Shown here piece by piece: positions 1 to 10,022 of a stretch of DNA of 64,000 nt; position 1 is the stretch's first letter, and every line of letters begins with the position of its first letter. Below the pieces are notes generated by a model. It was not told the DNA's origin. It did not search any database and saw only the letters and a list, made by a program, of their open reading frames with translations. The DNA comes from Candidatus Latescibacterota bacterium (GTDB taxonomy: Bacteria; Latescibacterota; UBA2968; GCA-2709665), in NCBI GenBank assembly GCA_963662665.2, contig CAXXJS010000011.1, forward strand, positions 1-64,000, given 5' to 3'. A program made the translations under genes and the position numbers.

Positions 1-34
1 ACGCGGAGCGCCTGATTCATCGCACAGTGAGAAC

Positions 35-76
35 AAGGGTCGAGGATTTGAAGTAATGCCTCGACCCTTTTCTTTT
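35..76 (+). terminator. Intrinsic terminator-like hairpin for a gene ending at or before the window start
   Basis: Stem AAGGGTCGAGG (35-45) / CCTCGACCCTT (59-69) followed by TTCTTTT. Confidence 0.55.
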
Positions 77-271
77 ACCAAAACTTCCTTCCCTCAATCG
101 CTTCCGGGAACGAAGTCTCTCAGGCCACCCGCCAGAGACGGACTGAGACGGCTGACCATACGTTTCCATTGATTCTTACCGTTCCGCGCCTGGGAACCCG
201 ACAAGCAGACCGAAATCCCGGTAGATAGCCAAATCGCCAAACGCAGGTGATTAATCGTAAGATGAATAACA

Positions 272-305
272 GGTCGAGCCGCACAAGTGTGGCTCGACCA
301 TTTTT
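272..305 (+). terminator. Terminator-like hairpin (may also stop the convergent minus-strand kinase gene)
   Basis: GGTCGAGCCGCAC-AA-GTGTGGCTCGACC followed by ATTTTT. Confidence 0.5.
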
Positions 306-382
306 CTGACCCGATGATCCTGCATCCTCAGCCGAGAATATCACCTGCTCCCGCCCCGCCACCAACCCCTCTGGCGGAACGC

Positions 383-2775
383 CTACTCTTCGCGCCCCAT
401 TCGATACCCCACACCCGGTTCGTTGAAGATATAGGTAGGGTTGCCTGCGTCGTCTCCCCAACTTGCGGCGGAGGCTCTTTACGGCCGAGCGCAACGGCCT
501 CGTATCACTGCCGCTCGTCTTATGCCAGATCCTTTGCAGCAAACGTTTGTGAGTCAAAATTGAGCCGGCGTTGACCGAGAGTTCCGCCAGCAGCCGATAC
601 TCGATGACCGTCAGCTTCACCGGCCGCCCGCCAACGGTAACTCGACGTCTCGCGAAGTCAACGATCAATCCAGGCAGGACAAGGGGTTCCTCGGGCTCCT
701 TCTCAACGGGCGCCGTCGCATTACGCAGCGCCGCGCGGATTCTCGCCACCAGTTCGGTGGGAGAAAAGGGCTTGACCACGTAGTCGGCGGCGCCTGCCTC
801 GAACGCGCGCGCAATGGCTTCGTCATGGCCGTACGCGGAAAGAAAAACAACGGGCACACCCCGCATCCTTGAAGATGGAACGCATCATCTCAATGCCGTC
901 GGTCCCCGGCATGACCAGGTCCTGCAGGACCAGATGAGGGCGGTGCTCTTCCAGGAGCCTCGGCACCTCGTCCGGGTCGCCTGTCGCCACCGGGACGAAA
1001 CCGACGTCCGACAGGATCTCCCGTACGTTCCGCAACGTTTGCGGGTCATCGTCCACAACGAGGATGGGCGTCCGCACCTGCCGCGTTCCGCGAATCCCAC
1101 CAGCGTCCGGGACCTCCGCGACGTGAGTCACGTAACCTGGTTCCTCGACGGCGGGAATGGTGAACGTCACACGGGTTCCTCGCCCCAATCCGTCGCTCTC
1201 GGCCCAAATCCTGCCCCCATGAGCTTCCACGATGCCCTTGCAGATGGACAGGCCCCACCCCGATTCCTCATCGTTGGCGGGCCGGTCCTCCCCGTCGAAC
1301 CCGACAATATCCCGAAAAATGTGCGGCATACGTTCGGCGGAAATGCCCCGCCCGCGGTCAACCACGGAAAAAGTCACGTGCATTCCCTCCCGTGTCGCGG
1401 TTATCCGCAGCGGCGAATTCTCCGGCGAATAGCGGTCCGCGTTGGCGAGCAGGTTCACCATTACCTGCTCGATGCGCCTCGGGTCCGCGTTCACCGCAGG
1501 GAGTTCCGGCGCCAGATCGATCCGGACGTCGTTTCTGCCTCCTCCGCTCAGGAACGTGTTTCGAGCCTGATCCATCAGACCGGTTACCTGCGTCGCTACA
1601 GGATTTACCTGCAGGGTTCCAGTTCTAATACGCGCCACGTCCAACAGATCGTTGACCAGGCCGCTCATCTCATCGGCGTGCCGATTGATGATGCGGAAGA
1701 ACTGGACCATCTCGGCCCTGTCAAGGGCAATGGTGTCGCCCAGCACCGTCGCGGCGGATCCCTTGATGGCGGCCAGCGGCGCCCTCAGTTCGTGGCTTAC
1801 AATGGCCAGGAAATCGGACCGCTGTCGTTCCAGTTCTTCCAGATGCGTTATATCCTGTCCCGTCACGACCAGGGATTCCACGCGGCCGTCGTCCGATCGG
1901 ATCGGTGTCGCGTTGATCAAAATGGTCACCCTGCGCCCGTTAGGAAGTTCGACAATGACCTCCTCGTCTCGCACCGTCTCACACTGATTGAGCAACTGAG
2001 TCGTGGAATACTCCTCGAGAGAGAAATCTCGTCCGTCTGCGCCGCGGACTTTGATAACCTGGCGAAGCTCTTCAAGGGTACGATCCTGGATCAGAAGGCA
2101 ATCCAGGATCCTTGCCGCCTCGCGGTTGGACGAGATGACCTTTCCCGTGCCGACCTCGAAGACAGCAACGCCCACTTGCGAGGTCTTGATCAGCGCCTCA
2201 AGGTCCGCCCTCGCCCGCTGTTCGTCGCGGTACCGCCGCGCATTGGTGATCACGAGCGCCGCCTGGGAGGCGAACATCACCATCGTCTCTTCGTCGTCCA
2301 GGGTGAACGCCCTGCCTCCTTCCTTCTCGGCCAGAAAGAAAGTCCCAACTCTCTCGCCGCGGTGGCGGATCGGAGCGACCAGAAACGCCAGTGTCGGACT
2401 CACCGCCATCGGCGGACGAAAATCGGGAAGACCCACAGACCGTATATGGCTATGCATGTCCGACAGCCGTAACGGCTCCTCTATAACGCTGAAGTATTCA
2501 AAGAGGACCTCATTTTTCCGATTCATCCAAACTCGCCTGGTCTGACTGGGAGTCATCCCGGACGTAAGGCAGTAGTTTTGTACACGCATCCCGTCTTCCA
2601 ACAGTGTCATCATGCCGTACTTCGCACCCGTCAACAACCTGGCGCTGTCCAATACGCCTTGTAAAACCGTCTTCAGATCGAGGCTTTCGTTGATGCGCAG
2701 GGATGCCTTCCCCATACGGGACAGGCGCTCTCGCAGTTGCCTGTTTTCTCGTTCAAGCTCTATGGCTGAATTCAT
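383..2775 (-). CDS. Hybrid sensor kinase/response regulator, GAF-PAS-HisKA-HATPase-REC-OmpR/PhoB winged helix (about 796 aa after correcting two +1 frameshifts)
   Basis: ORF 823-2775 has GAF, PAS, H-box SHELRAPL, N-box NLLANA, DRGRGI, GWGLSIC and receiver start VVDDDP...QDLVMPG. Removing one base from the C4 run at 859-862 joins it to GVPVVFLSAY...YVVKPF and a winged helix (ORF 120-866). Removing one base from the C4 run at 456-459 restores RRKLGDDAGNPTYIFNEPGVGYRMGREE-stop (383). Confidence 0.88.
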
Positions 2776-2907
2776 CCGTCCCTCCTTCGCCTGCGGCAGC
2801 GCTCAATCGTTTCCGGAGCAGCCAGGCCGCAGTCTCGAAATCTCTCAGTATCAGCCCGGAATACTCCATACAGGACAAGAATCACCCATAAATCACCGGA
2901 AATGCGC

Positions 2908-2928
2908 GATATTTCACTGATATTTCAC
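2908..2928. promoter_or_regulatory. Tandem direct repeat with 11-bp period, candidate OmpR/PhoB-type binding box
   Basis: GATATTTCAC-T-GATATTTCAC in the divergent promoter region between two regulator genes. Confidence 0.5.
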
Positions 2929-3300
2929 GCATAAATGGTTAGATTTGGCCGGAGAATCGGGTCAAATCGTGGAGTCGCACCTCCATAGGCCGCCCCAGCG
3001 CAAAAAACGCGTGAAAATTCCCTCGCGAAATGCGTCCGGTTCGTTCACCCACGATCCCGGTGTACATTCGTATCAGTGAGTGATCCGGTCCGGAACCACT
3101 GCGGGCAACAGGTACAGCGTCAGGAATGCTGGCAAGTTGTCTTCAACGTGGCCAATCGAACTCAAGTCACATCGCCACGAATCAGGTTATCATCGACTTC
3201 CTGAATACGCCGGATGCTGATGACACGACCGTCGTCCGGCGCAATGATTGCACGGCCCCGTGTCCCCGCGTTGTTTGCAATGTAGGAAATATAAGTCGAC

Positions 3301-4059
3301 ATGTCAATTGGACCAAACCGTAAGAAACGTGCTTTTGGAAGACGTGTGGAAATCCTCGTCGGCGCCGCCGATCCTGATCTCCGCATACGGCTTGCGAGAA
3401 TGCTGAATGCTCAGTCTGAGAAATGGCATGTGGAAGCCGTCGCGGACGGCCACGAAGCGTTGAATCTGCTTTGCGACGGGTCCTTCGCCGTCGCCGTACT
3501 GGACACCTCGCTGCCGGGTCTCAATGGCCTGGAGGTCTTGCGAGCCGCAAGGCGGAAATACATCCCGACCGAAGTCGTGCTGCTCACCGAGAACAACAAC
3601 GTCCGGACCGCTGTTCGCGCAATCAAGGACGGCGCTCACGACGTCCTCGGCAAGCCGGTTGATTCTGACCATCTGGTCTCACTGGTTCGCGAATTAATCG
3701 GACACCGGCGTCTTCCGCCGCACATCCTCGCGAGACGAATGGACGAGTTTCTGAAAGAACGCATTTCGGACCCGTCACTGCGAAGAGGGGACCTTTGCAG
3801 GCACTTCAGTATCTCACCAGCCCACGTTTCCAGGATGTTTCGAGATTTCTTCGGAATGACGTTTCAGGACCGTCGAAGTCGTTTCCGGATTGAAATGGCA
3901 AAGGAGATGATGAAATCCAGACGTGAACCCCTATATGTCATTGCCGAAAAGTGCGGATTCAAGAATCAGGTTCGTTTTACGGAGACCTTTCGCAGAGTGG
4001 AGAAAATGCCACCGAGGGAATATATGCGGAACCTGGATGCCAACGACCGGATTCGGTGA
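3301..4059 (+). CDS. Response regulator, REC + AraC helix-turn-helix
   Basis: Receiver motifs AVLDTSLPGLNG, LLTE, LGKP; AraC signature IAEKCGFKNQVRFTETFRRVEKMPPREY. Confidence 0.88.
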   Translation: MSIGPNRKKRAFGRRVEILVGAADPDLRIRLARMLNAQSEKWHVEAVADGHEALNLLCDGSFAVAVLDTSLPGLNGLEVLRAARRKYIPTEVVLLTENNNVRTAVRAIKDGAHDVLGKPVDSDHLVSLVRELIGHRRLPPHILARRMDEFLKERISDPSLRRGDLCRHFSISPAHVSRMFRDFFGMTFQDRRSRFRIEMAKEMMKSRREPLYVIAEKCGFKNQVRFTETFRRVEKMPPREYMRNLDANDRIR

Positions 4060-4283
4060 CTGCCCTCTCAAGTTTGTGTGTATACGAATCAAAGAACTGG
4101 CAGACGGACGTACGCGGCCCGTACGCTTATCTCAACTCTAGCAACTGAACCTGACGGCGCATCTGGTCTTGACCATCCCGAATAGTAACGTGGTTCCCGT
4201 TGCAACGCAATTTCAAAGTTGAAGCTTTACCATAAGATGAAACAAGATGGCCCCGGACCCGGTTTCCAACCGCGGCTGTAGTC

Positions 4284-4315
4284 ATAAGGCCCTGTTCAAG
4301 TGAGCAGGGCCTTAT
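4284..4315. repeat. Intergenic palindrome
   Basis: ATAAGGCCCTG-TTCAAGTGAG-CAGGGCCTTAT between convergent genes. Confidence 0.6.
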
Positions 4316-4490
4316 TCAATTGCGGGACACGCCTTTGGGGGAACTTTCAATACTATTCCAACCCGGCGCGGCGTCGCTTCGTTCAGCCACAACCGCAACC
4401 GTCAGGCACAAATTGCGCCGCCAGGTCATCCGCAAGTCGTGTCCGTCAAGTCTGCGTCGACACTGTCTTGCAGAAGAAGCTTGTGTGAAG

Positions 4491-4515
4491 GTGGGGCAGA
4501 CATTCCTGTCTGCCC
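4491..4515 (+). repeat. REP-like palindrome family A
   Basis: GTGGGGCAGACATTCCTGTCTGCCC; related copies at 28513, 28721, 29469. Confidence 0.8.
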
Positions 4516-4615
4516 GCCTCAATTTCATTCTGCTGGTCTGGACACGGGAGCAAGGATCTCACCGCTGAAGCGCAACAGGCAGTAATCCATATCGCATGGG
4601 TTTCGTGAACAAAAA

Positions 4616-4650
4616 ATAGCAGGAGCAGGTTTGAATCCCGCCCCTGCTAT
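4616..4650. repeat. REP-like palindrome family B
   Basis: ATAGCAGGAGCAGGTTTGAATCCCGCCCCTGCTAT; relatives at 28778-28802 and 51944-51967 ending in CGCCCCTAC. Confidence 0.65.
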
Positions 4651-4700
4651 CGGGACGTCGCAACGCGGCGGAAGGAAGGTCACCCTCCCTACCCTCACGC

Positions 4701-7199
4701 TCACCGGTCCGCCGCCACGGTGGGTCGCGGGCGGGGCCCCGAGCGGACGGACGGCCTGCTTCCTGTGCTCCCCGACCGACGCTTGGTCGATGCCCGTCGC
4801 TTCTTGACAAGGGCCGTGTCCAGCACCTTGTCCACGTGGTCGGCAAACACCAGCTTCACGTCCTTGCGAACGGTTTCCGGGACTTCCTCCAGGTCTTTGC
4901 GGTTTTTCTCGGGCAGGATCACGGTCTGGATGCCCGCGCGGTGGGCCGCCAGCACCTTGTCCCGTACGCCGCCAACCGGCAGCACCTTGCCGCGCAGGGT
5001 GATCTCGCCTGTCATCGCCACGTCCTTCCGGACCGGCCGATCCGTGAAAACCGACGCCAGCACGGCGGCCATCGTGATTCCCGCGGACGGTCCGTCCTTG
5101 GGTACCGCTCCCGCCGGCGCGTGAACGTGCACGTCCTTTTCCTCGTTGAACTTTTCGGGCAACCCCAGGCTCTCCCACCGGGAGCGCACGTACGTCATCG
5201 CGGCCTGGACGGACTCCTGCATCACGTCGCCTACCTGTCCGGTCAGATTCAGATTCCCGCCGCCGGGCATCAGGGTGGCCTCCACGAACATCACGTCGCC
5301 CCCCGCGGACGTCACCGCCAGTCCCGCCGCAACGCCCACCTCATCATCGTCCTCTGCGATTTCGTGCTGGAACTGCCGCGGCCCCAGGTATTCGTGCAAG
5401 TGCCTTGTCTTCACGCTGACCTTTCGCTTCCGACCCTGCGCGAACCGGCGGGCTACCTTGCGGCAGAGCGTTCCCACCGCCCTCTCGAGGTTCCGCAACC
5501 CCGCCTCGCAGGTATAGTACCGGATCACGCCCGCTAACGCATCGCTGTCGATCGTCAGCCGCCTGTCCGTCAACCCGTGCTCGTCAAGCTGCCTGGGCAC
5601 CAGGTAGCTGCGGGCGATCTGCAGTTTCTCCTGTTCGGTATAGCCCGGAAGTTCCAGGACCTCCATCCGGTCCAGAAGTGCGGGTGGGATCGTATGCAGG
5701 GTATTCGCGGTGGCAATGAACATGACCTGTGAGAGATCGAAAGGTACGTCCAGGTAGTGGTCCTCGAACCGGCAATTCTGCTCGGGATCCAGCACCTCCA
5801 GCAGCGCCGCCGACGGATCGCCCCGGAAGTCCGCGCCAAGTTTGTCAATCTCGTCCAGCATGAATACCGGATTCTTCGTACCCGCCCGGCGCAGTCCCTG
5901 GATGATCCGGCCGGGAAGCGCACCCACGTAGGTCCGCCTGTGACCCCTGACTTCCGATTCGTCCCGCACGCCGCCCAGTGAAATGCGGACAAAGTTGCGG
6001 TTTAGCGCCCGCGCCACGGAACGGCCCAGCGACGTCTTTCCCGTGCCCGGAGGACCCACCAGGCACAGAATAGGCCCCCGCATATCGTTTTTCAACCCAC
6101 GGACCGCCAGATATTCCAGGATCCGGTCCTTCGGCTTTTCGATCCCGAAATGGTCTTCATCCAGAATCTTCTGCGCCCGGTCAACCTCGATACGGTCTTC
6201 GCTCGATTTGTCCCATGGCAGTTCAACCAGCCAGTCCAGATAGGTCCTCGACACGGTGTATTCGGCGGACTCGCTCGGCATCTTCTCCATCCGCGAAAGC
6301 TCACGCTCGGCGACCTTCCGCGCCTCGTCCGGCATGCCCGCGGATTCGATTTTCCCGGCTAACTCCTCGACCTCCTCCGCCTCGTCCCCGCCGTCACCCA
6401 GTTCCTCGCGGATGGCCTTGAGCTGCTGGCGGAGGAAATATTCGCGCTGCGCGTCGTCCATCGAACCGGCCGCATCGCTCTGGATCTTCTGGCGCAGTTC
6501 CAGGATTTCGACTTCCCGTGTCAGAAACTTGTGAATCAACTCGAACCTTAGCCGGAGGTTGAGTTCGGACAACACTTCCTGGCGCTCCTCGAATCGCATG
6601 TTGAACTGGGAAGCGATAAAATCCGCCTTCTGTTCCTGATCGCTCAGCGAGTCCAGCGCCGCCATGAGTTCCCTGGGCACGTTGGGCACCAGATCCATCG
6701 CCCTCTTGAACAGACCGAGCACGTTCTGGGAGAGCGCTTCCAGCTCGTTCGTCTTTTCCGCCCAGCCTTCCAGCACCTTGATCCGAGCAAGAGGATAGGG
6801 TCTGGTCTGAACCAGCGTCTCAAGACCCACGCGGGCAATTCCGTTGACGAGGACCTGCAGCTTGTCGTCCGGCGTTCGCTGCATCCGGACCACCTGCGCC
6901 GCCGTGCCCACCTGGTACAGGTCTTCGGCCTGAATTTCACTTTCCTCCTCGCCGGCGTCGTCCTCCGGTTCCGCTTTCCCTTTTTCCGGTCCCGGTTTCT
7001 GCCCGAACAACGCGATGACCCGATGACCCCCGTTCACGGCCGTGTCCACCGCCCGGATCGCCTGTTCGCTCTCGATTAACAGCGGTGACAACATATAGGG
7101 AAAGATCACCACGTCCCTGCTTCTCAACACGGGCGCCTCGGCCGGGACGTGCGTCCGGTCGATCACTTCGATGCTTTCTGAGGTTTTATCGTCCGACAT
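4701..7199 (-). CDS. lon: ATP-dependent Lon protease (endopeptidase La)
   Basis: LON N-domain, Walker A GPPGTGKTS, LGGVRDESEVRGHRRTYVGA, catalytic PKDGPSAG, MTGEITLRG. Confidence 0.97.
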   Translation of the reverse strand: MSDDKTSESIEVIDRTHVPAEAPVLRSRDVVIFPYMLSPLLIESEQAIRAVDTAVNGGHRVIALFGQKPGPEKGKAEPEDDAGEEESEIQAEDLYQVGTAAQVVRMQRTPDDKLQVLVNGIARVGLETLVQTRPYPLARIKVLEGWAEKTNELEALSQNVLGLFKRAMDLVPNVPRELMAALDSLSDQEQKADFIASQFNMRFEERQEVLSELNLRLRFELIHKFLTREVEILELRQKIQSDAAGSMDDAQREYFLRQQLKAIREELGDGGDEAEEVEELAGKIESAGMPDEARKVAERELSRMEKMPSESAEYTVSRTYLDWLVELPWDKSSEDRIEVDRAQKILDEDHFGIEKPKDRILEYLAVRGLKNDMRGPILCLVGPPGTGKTSLGRSVARALNRNFVRISLGGVRDESEVRGHRRTYVGALPGRIIQGLRRAGTKNPVFMLDEIDKLGADFRGDPSAALLEVLDPEQNCRFEDHYLDVPFDLSQVMFIATANTLHTIPPALLDRMEVLELPGYTEQEKLQIARSYLVPRQLDEHGLTDRRLTIDSDALAGVIRYYTCEAGLRNLERAVGTLCRKVARRFAQGRKRKVSVKTRHLHEYLGPRQFQHEIAEDDDEVGVAAGLAVTSAGGDVMFVEATLMPGGGNLNLTGQVGDVMQESVQAAMTYVRSRWESLGLPEKFNEEKDVHVHAPAGAVPKDGPSAGITMAAVLASVFTDRPVRKDVAMTGEITLRGKVLPVGGVRDKVLAAHRAGIQTVILPEKNRKDLEEVPETVRKDVKLVFADHVDKVLDTALVKKRRASTKRRSGSTGSRPSVRSGPRPRPTVAADR

Positions 7200-7290
7200 T
7201 CGTTCTGCTCCTTATATTTGGTAAGGAATCACGATTCGCCGAATTGACAGCGTTTCGCTACCGGTGAGATAGAATCTTCTCCACCCCCAT

Positions 7291-7476
7291 ACGTCCCCTA
7301 TTCCCTTGCCCTTTATGTAAAGCGGGGAGAGGGTAGAGGGGAGACGGAAGAAGACGTCCTCGCCCGATTGGTTCTTCCTTTGTGCCACCGGCAAGAAATG
7401 AATCCGCACGGGGCAGGTAATCTCTCCCCTCTACCGTCTTACGTCTCACCGCTTCTGAGGGGCCGGGGGGAGAGGT
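7291..7476. repeat. Dispersed intergenic repeat (family D)
   Basis: Aligns with the reverse complement of 47225-47370 (shared GGCAGGTAATCTCT, GAGGGGCCGGGGG); first 24 nt identical to 38834-38857. Confidence 0.7.
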
Positions 7477-7517
7477 CTCGCCTGAATTTCGTGAATTCAT
7501 CTCCGCCGCAGAAGACA

Positions 7518-7533
7518 TGCAACAATTGTGCCC
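7518..7533 (-). promoter_or_regulatory. Putative sigma54 -24/-12 promoter facing lon
   Basis: Minus strand GGGCAC-AATTG-TTGCA, exact GG-N10-GC spacing; AT-rich tract at 7553-7580 and palindrome at 7634-7660 upstream. Confidence 0.6.
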
Positions 7534-7845
7534 GAAAGTGTGGCATGTCGATATCATATTGATTTATATAATGTTACGAATTTTTTCGCCAATCACGAGC
7601 AGGCCTTCATCTCCAATGGACCGTGCCCAAACCCTCGACCTGCCATTTTGGCAGATCGAGATTAGCCAGTCAGCCTCGCTTTCCTGTTGAAGCGAAGACG
7701 CCGAATCCATATATTGGCGCTTGAGCTGCAACCCGAATCGGAGCAGGCGGCGGATTCATCGTATTGCCATCTTTCCGGTTCACTCTCTCACGTCCCGAAC
7801 GTCCGGGCCGGCCCGGCAATCATTATTCAACGCGGATTCGACCGA

Positions 7846-8964
7846 ATGAAAATCACACGCATCGAGACAATCGCCCTGAGGGGTTCAACGCCGAAATCCG
7901 GCTGGACGGCCGAAACACCGCCATCAGAAAATCTGCACACGCTTCTGGAAGTACATACGGACAGCGGCCTGACCGGGCTGGGAAGCGTCGCCACCAGTCA
8001 GGCCCTGGTCGACGCCGCTCTCGACCTTCTGAAACCCCATTTTGTCGGCGAGTCAGCCGTCGAACCGGAGCGCGTCTCCGAAAAACTCCACCAGGCGACC
8101 TTCTGGCAGGGCCGGGGCGGGTCGGTCACGCACGCCATTTCGGGCATCGACATTGCGCTGTGGGACCTTCTGGGCAAAGCCAGCGGACAACCCGTGGGGC
8201 GCCTGTTGGGCGGCTACTACCGCCACAAGATCAAACCCTACGGTTCCCTCCTCTTCGAGGACGACAACGACGCGTTCAAACAGACCCTGGAGTCGGCCGT
8301 TTCCCGCGGGTTCCGTGCGCTCAAACTGGGCTGGGGACCCTTCGGCCGCGAGGACAGGCGCACCGACGAGGGACTCGTCAGACTCGCCCGTGAAACCGTG
8401 GGGCCGGACGTTGAGCTGATGGTCGATGCCGGCGGGAGCGATCAGTTCTGGCCGCACGGGTACAAGTGGGCGCTCGAGACCGCGCGGATGCTGGCCGACT
8501 ATGACGTGGTCTGGTTCGAGGAGGCCCTGCCTCCGGACGATCTGGAGGGGTTCATCGCCCTCCGGCAGAACGCCCCGGTCCCCATTGCCGGCGGTGAGGT
8601 CCTCACCCGGCGGCAGAGTTTCCTTTCATGGATCGCGCGCGGCGCCTTCGATATCGTTCAGCCGGACACCACGAAAGTCGGCGGCCTTTCCGAAACCCGC
8701 CGCATCCTCTGGCACGCCTGCAACCACAACGTCCTGCTGGTCACCCATGGATGGAACACCGCCGTGGGCCTGGCCGCCGACCTCCATCTTGCCGCGGCCC
8801 ATCCTACGGCCCGCTGGGTGGAATACATCACCCCGTCGCCCTACATAGAAGACATTCTCACCGAACCCTTCCAACTCGACGACAACGGCCTGCTAACCAT
8901 ACCCACCGCGCCTGGACTGGGGATACAACTGGACCGCGAAAGGGTCAAACGGTATTCCGGTTAG
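7846..8964 (+). CDS. Mandelate racemase/muconate lactonizing enzyme family (enolase superfamily) dehydratase
   Basis: Start MKITRIET; AISGIDIALWDLLGK, LMVDA, WFEE, GGE, IVQPDTTKVGG, THGW. Confidence 0.92.
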   Translation: MKITRIETIALRGSTPKSGWTAETPPSENLHTLLEVHTDSGLTGLGSVATSQALVDAALDLLKPHFVGESAVEPERVSEKLHQATFWQGRGGSVTHAISGIDIALWDLLGKASGQPVGRLLGGYYRHKIKPYGSLLFEDDNDAFKQTLESAVSRGFRALKLGWGPFGREDRRTDEGLVRLARETVGPDVELMVDAGGSDQFWPHGYKWALETARMLADYDVVWFEEALPPDDLEGFIALRQNAPVPIAGGEVLTRRQSFLSWIARGAFDIVQPDTTKVGGLSETRRILWHACNHNVLLVTHGWNTAVGLAADLHLAAAHPTARWVEYITPSPYIEDILTEPFQLDDNGLLTIPTAPGLGIQLDRERVKRYSG

Positions 8965-8996
8965 ACGCCGGAAGGCGCAGTAGAAGGAGCTATACG

Positions 8997-9998
8997 ATGA
9001 AAATTGCGGTTATGGGTCTACACTACGGACACATCAGCGGCATGTTCCGATCTGCAGTCAACGCCCCCAGCGCGGAACTGGTGGGCATCGTGGAACCCGA
9101 CGACGCCCTGTACGAACAGTACGCACGTGACGCCGACCTTCCCCGTTATCCCACACTGGCGGACATGCTGGACGCAACCCGCGCCGACGTGGTCATGGAA
9201 GGCGTGGGCCACCACGAGAAGGTGGACATGATCGAGACCTGCGCCGCGGCAGGCGCGCACGTTTTCCTGGACAAGCCGCTGTGCCGTTCCCTGGACGACT
9301 GGACCCGCATCCGGAACGCGGTCACGGAGAACAACATCCGCCTGACGATGTTCTATACGTCCCGCAGCTACCCGCCCTTTATCGCGCTGAGGGAAGCCAT
9401 TCTGGCAGGAGAACTCGGCGAGATCGTCAGCCTCATCTCCACCCATCCCCACAAACTGGGCGACTGGGCTCCCGATTGGTATTTCGATCCCGGGATCTAC
9501 ACGGGCACTTTCAGCGACGTCGCATGCCACGGCGTGGACCAGGTCCGATGGCTCACGGGCGCGGAATGCGAGGGCGTGCACGCCCTCGGCGCCAGCAAGA
9601 AACACACGCAGGGCCCCCAAAAGCTGGAAATGGACCATATTCAGGCTTCGTTCCAGTTGAGCACCGGAGCCTGCGCGCTGCTGACCGCGGATTGGCTGAC
9701 TCCCGAGGACTCCCCCTCATTCGGAGACACGCGCTTCATCATCATGGGCACGAAGGGATCGGCCCACCTGCGAGCCTACGCGGGAGACAGCCTGCTCATC
9801 GTCGCCGACGGAAAGGGCGCCTTCGAACCCGAGTTCCCGTCCGAACGCAACAGCAGATTTGTGGAATCCATGGTGAACGCATTCTCCGAAGGCGAAGAGA
9901 ACTTCATCTCCACCACCGACGTGCTGGCTGTGGCCAAAGCATGCATCATGGCGGAAGAATCCGCCCGGCGCGGCGGCGAGTTCTTGAGAATCGAGTAG
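8997..9998 (+). CDS. Gfo/Idh/MocA family oxidoreductase
   Basis: RBS AAGGAG; MKIAVMGLHYGH Rossmann start, HVFLDKP, DVACHGVD. Confidence 0.9.
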   Translation: MKIAVMGLHYGHISGMFRSAVNAPSAELVGIVEPDDALYEQYARDADLPRYPTLADMLDATRADVVMEGVGHHEKVDMIETCAAAGAHVFLDKPLCRSLDDWTRIRNAVTENNIRLTMFYTSRSYPPFIALREAILAGELGEIVSLISTHPHKLGDWAPDWYFDPGIYTGTFSDVACHGVDQVRWLTGAECEGVHALGASKKHTQGPQKLEMDHIQASFQLSTGACALLTADWLTPEDSPSFGDTRFIIMGTKGSAHLRAYAGDSLLIVADGKGAFEPEFPSERNSRFVESMVNAFSEGEENFISTTDVLAVAKACIMAEESARRGGEFLRIE

Positions 9999-10022
9999 GC
10001 TCGGCGGGTAAGGAGATTGTTT

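Noticed and set aside
120-866. Separate 248-aa response regulator
   Set aside because: It lacks the first half of the receiver and has a nonsense tail; it is the frameshifted end of the gene starting at 2775.
814-2472. 552-aa plus-strand ORF, and similar long antisense ORFs (11411-12694, 39963-41348, 43117-44346, 46076-47329, 50344-51717)
   Set aside because: Shadow frames opposite well-supported genes in high-GC DNA; no motifs.
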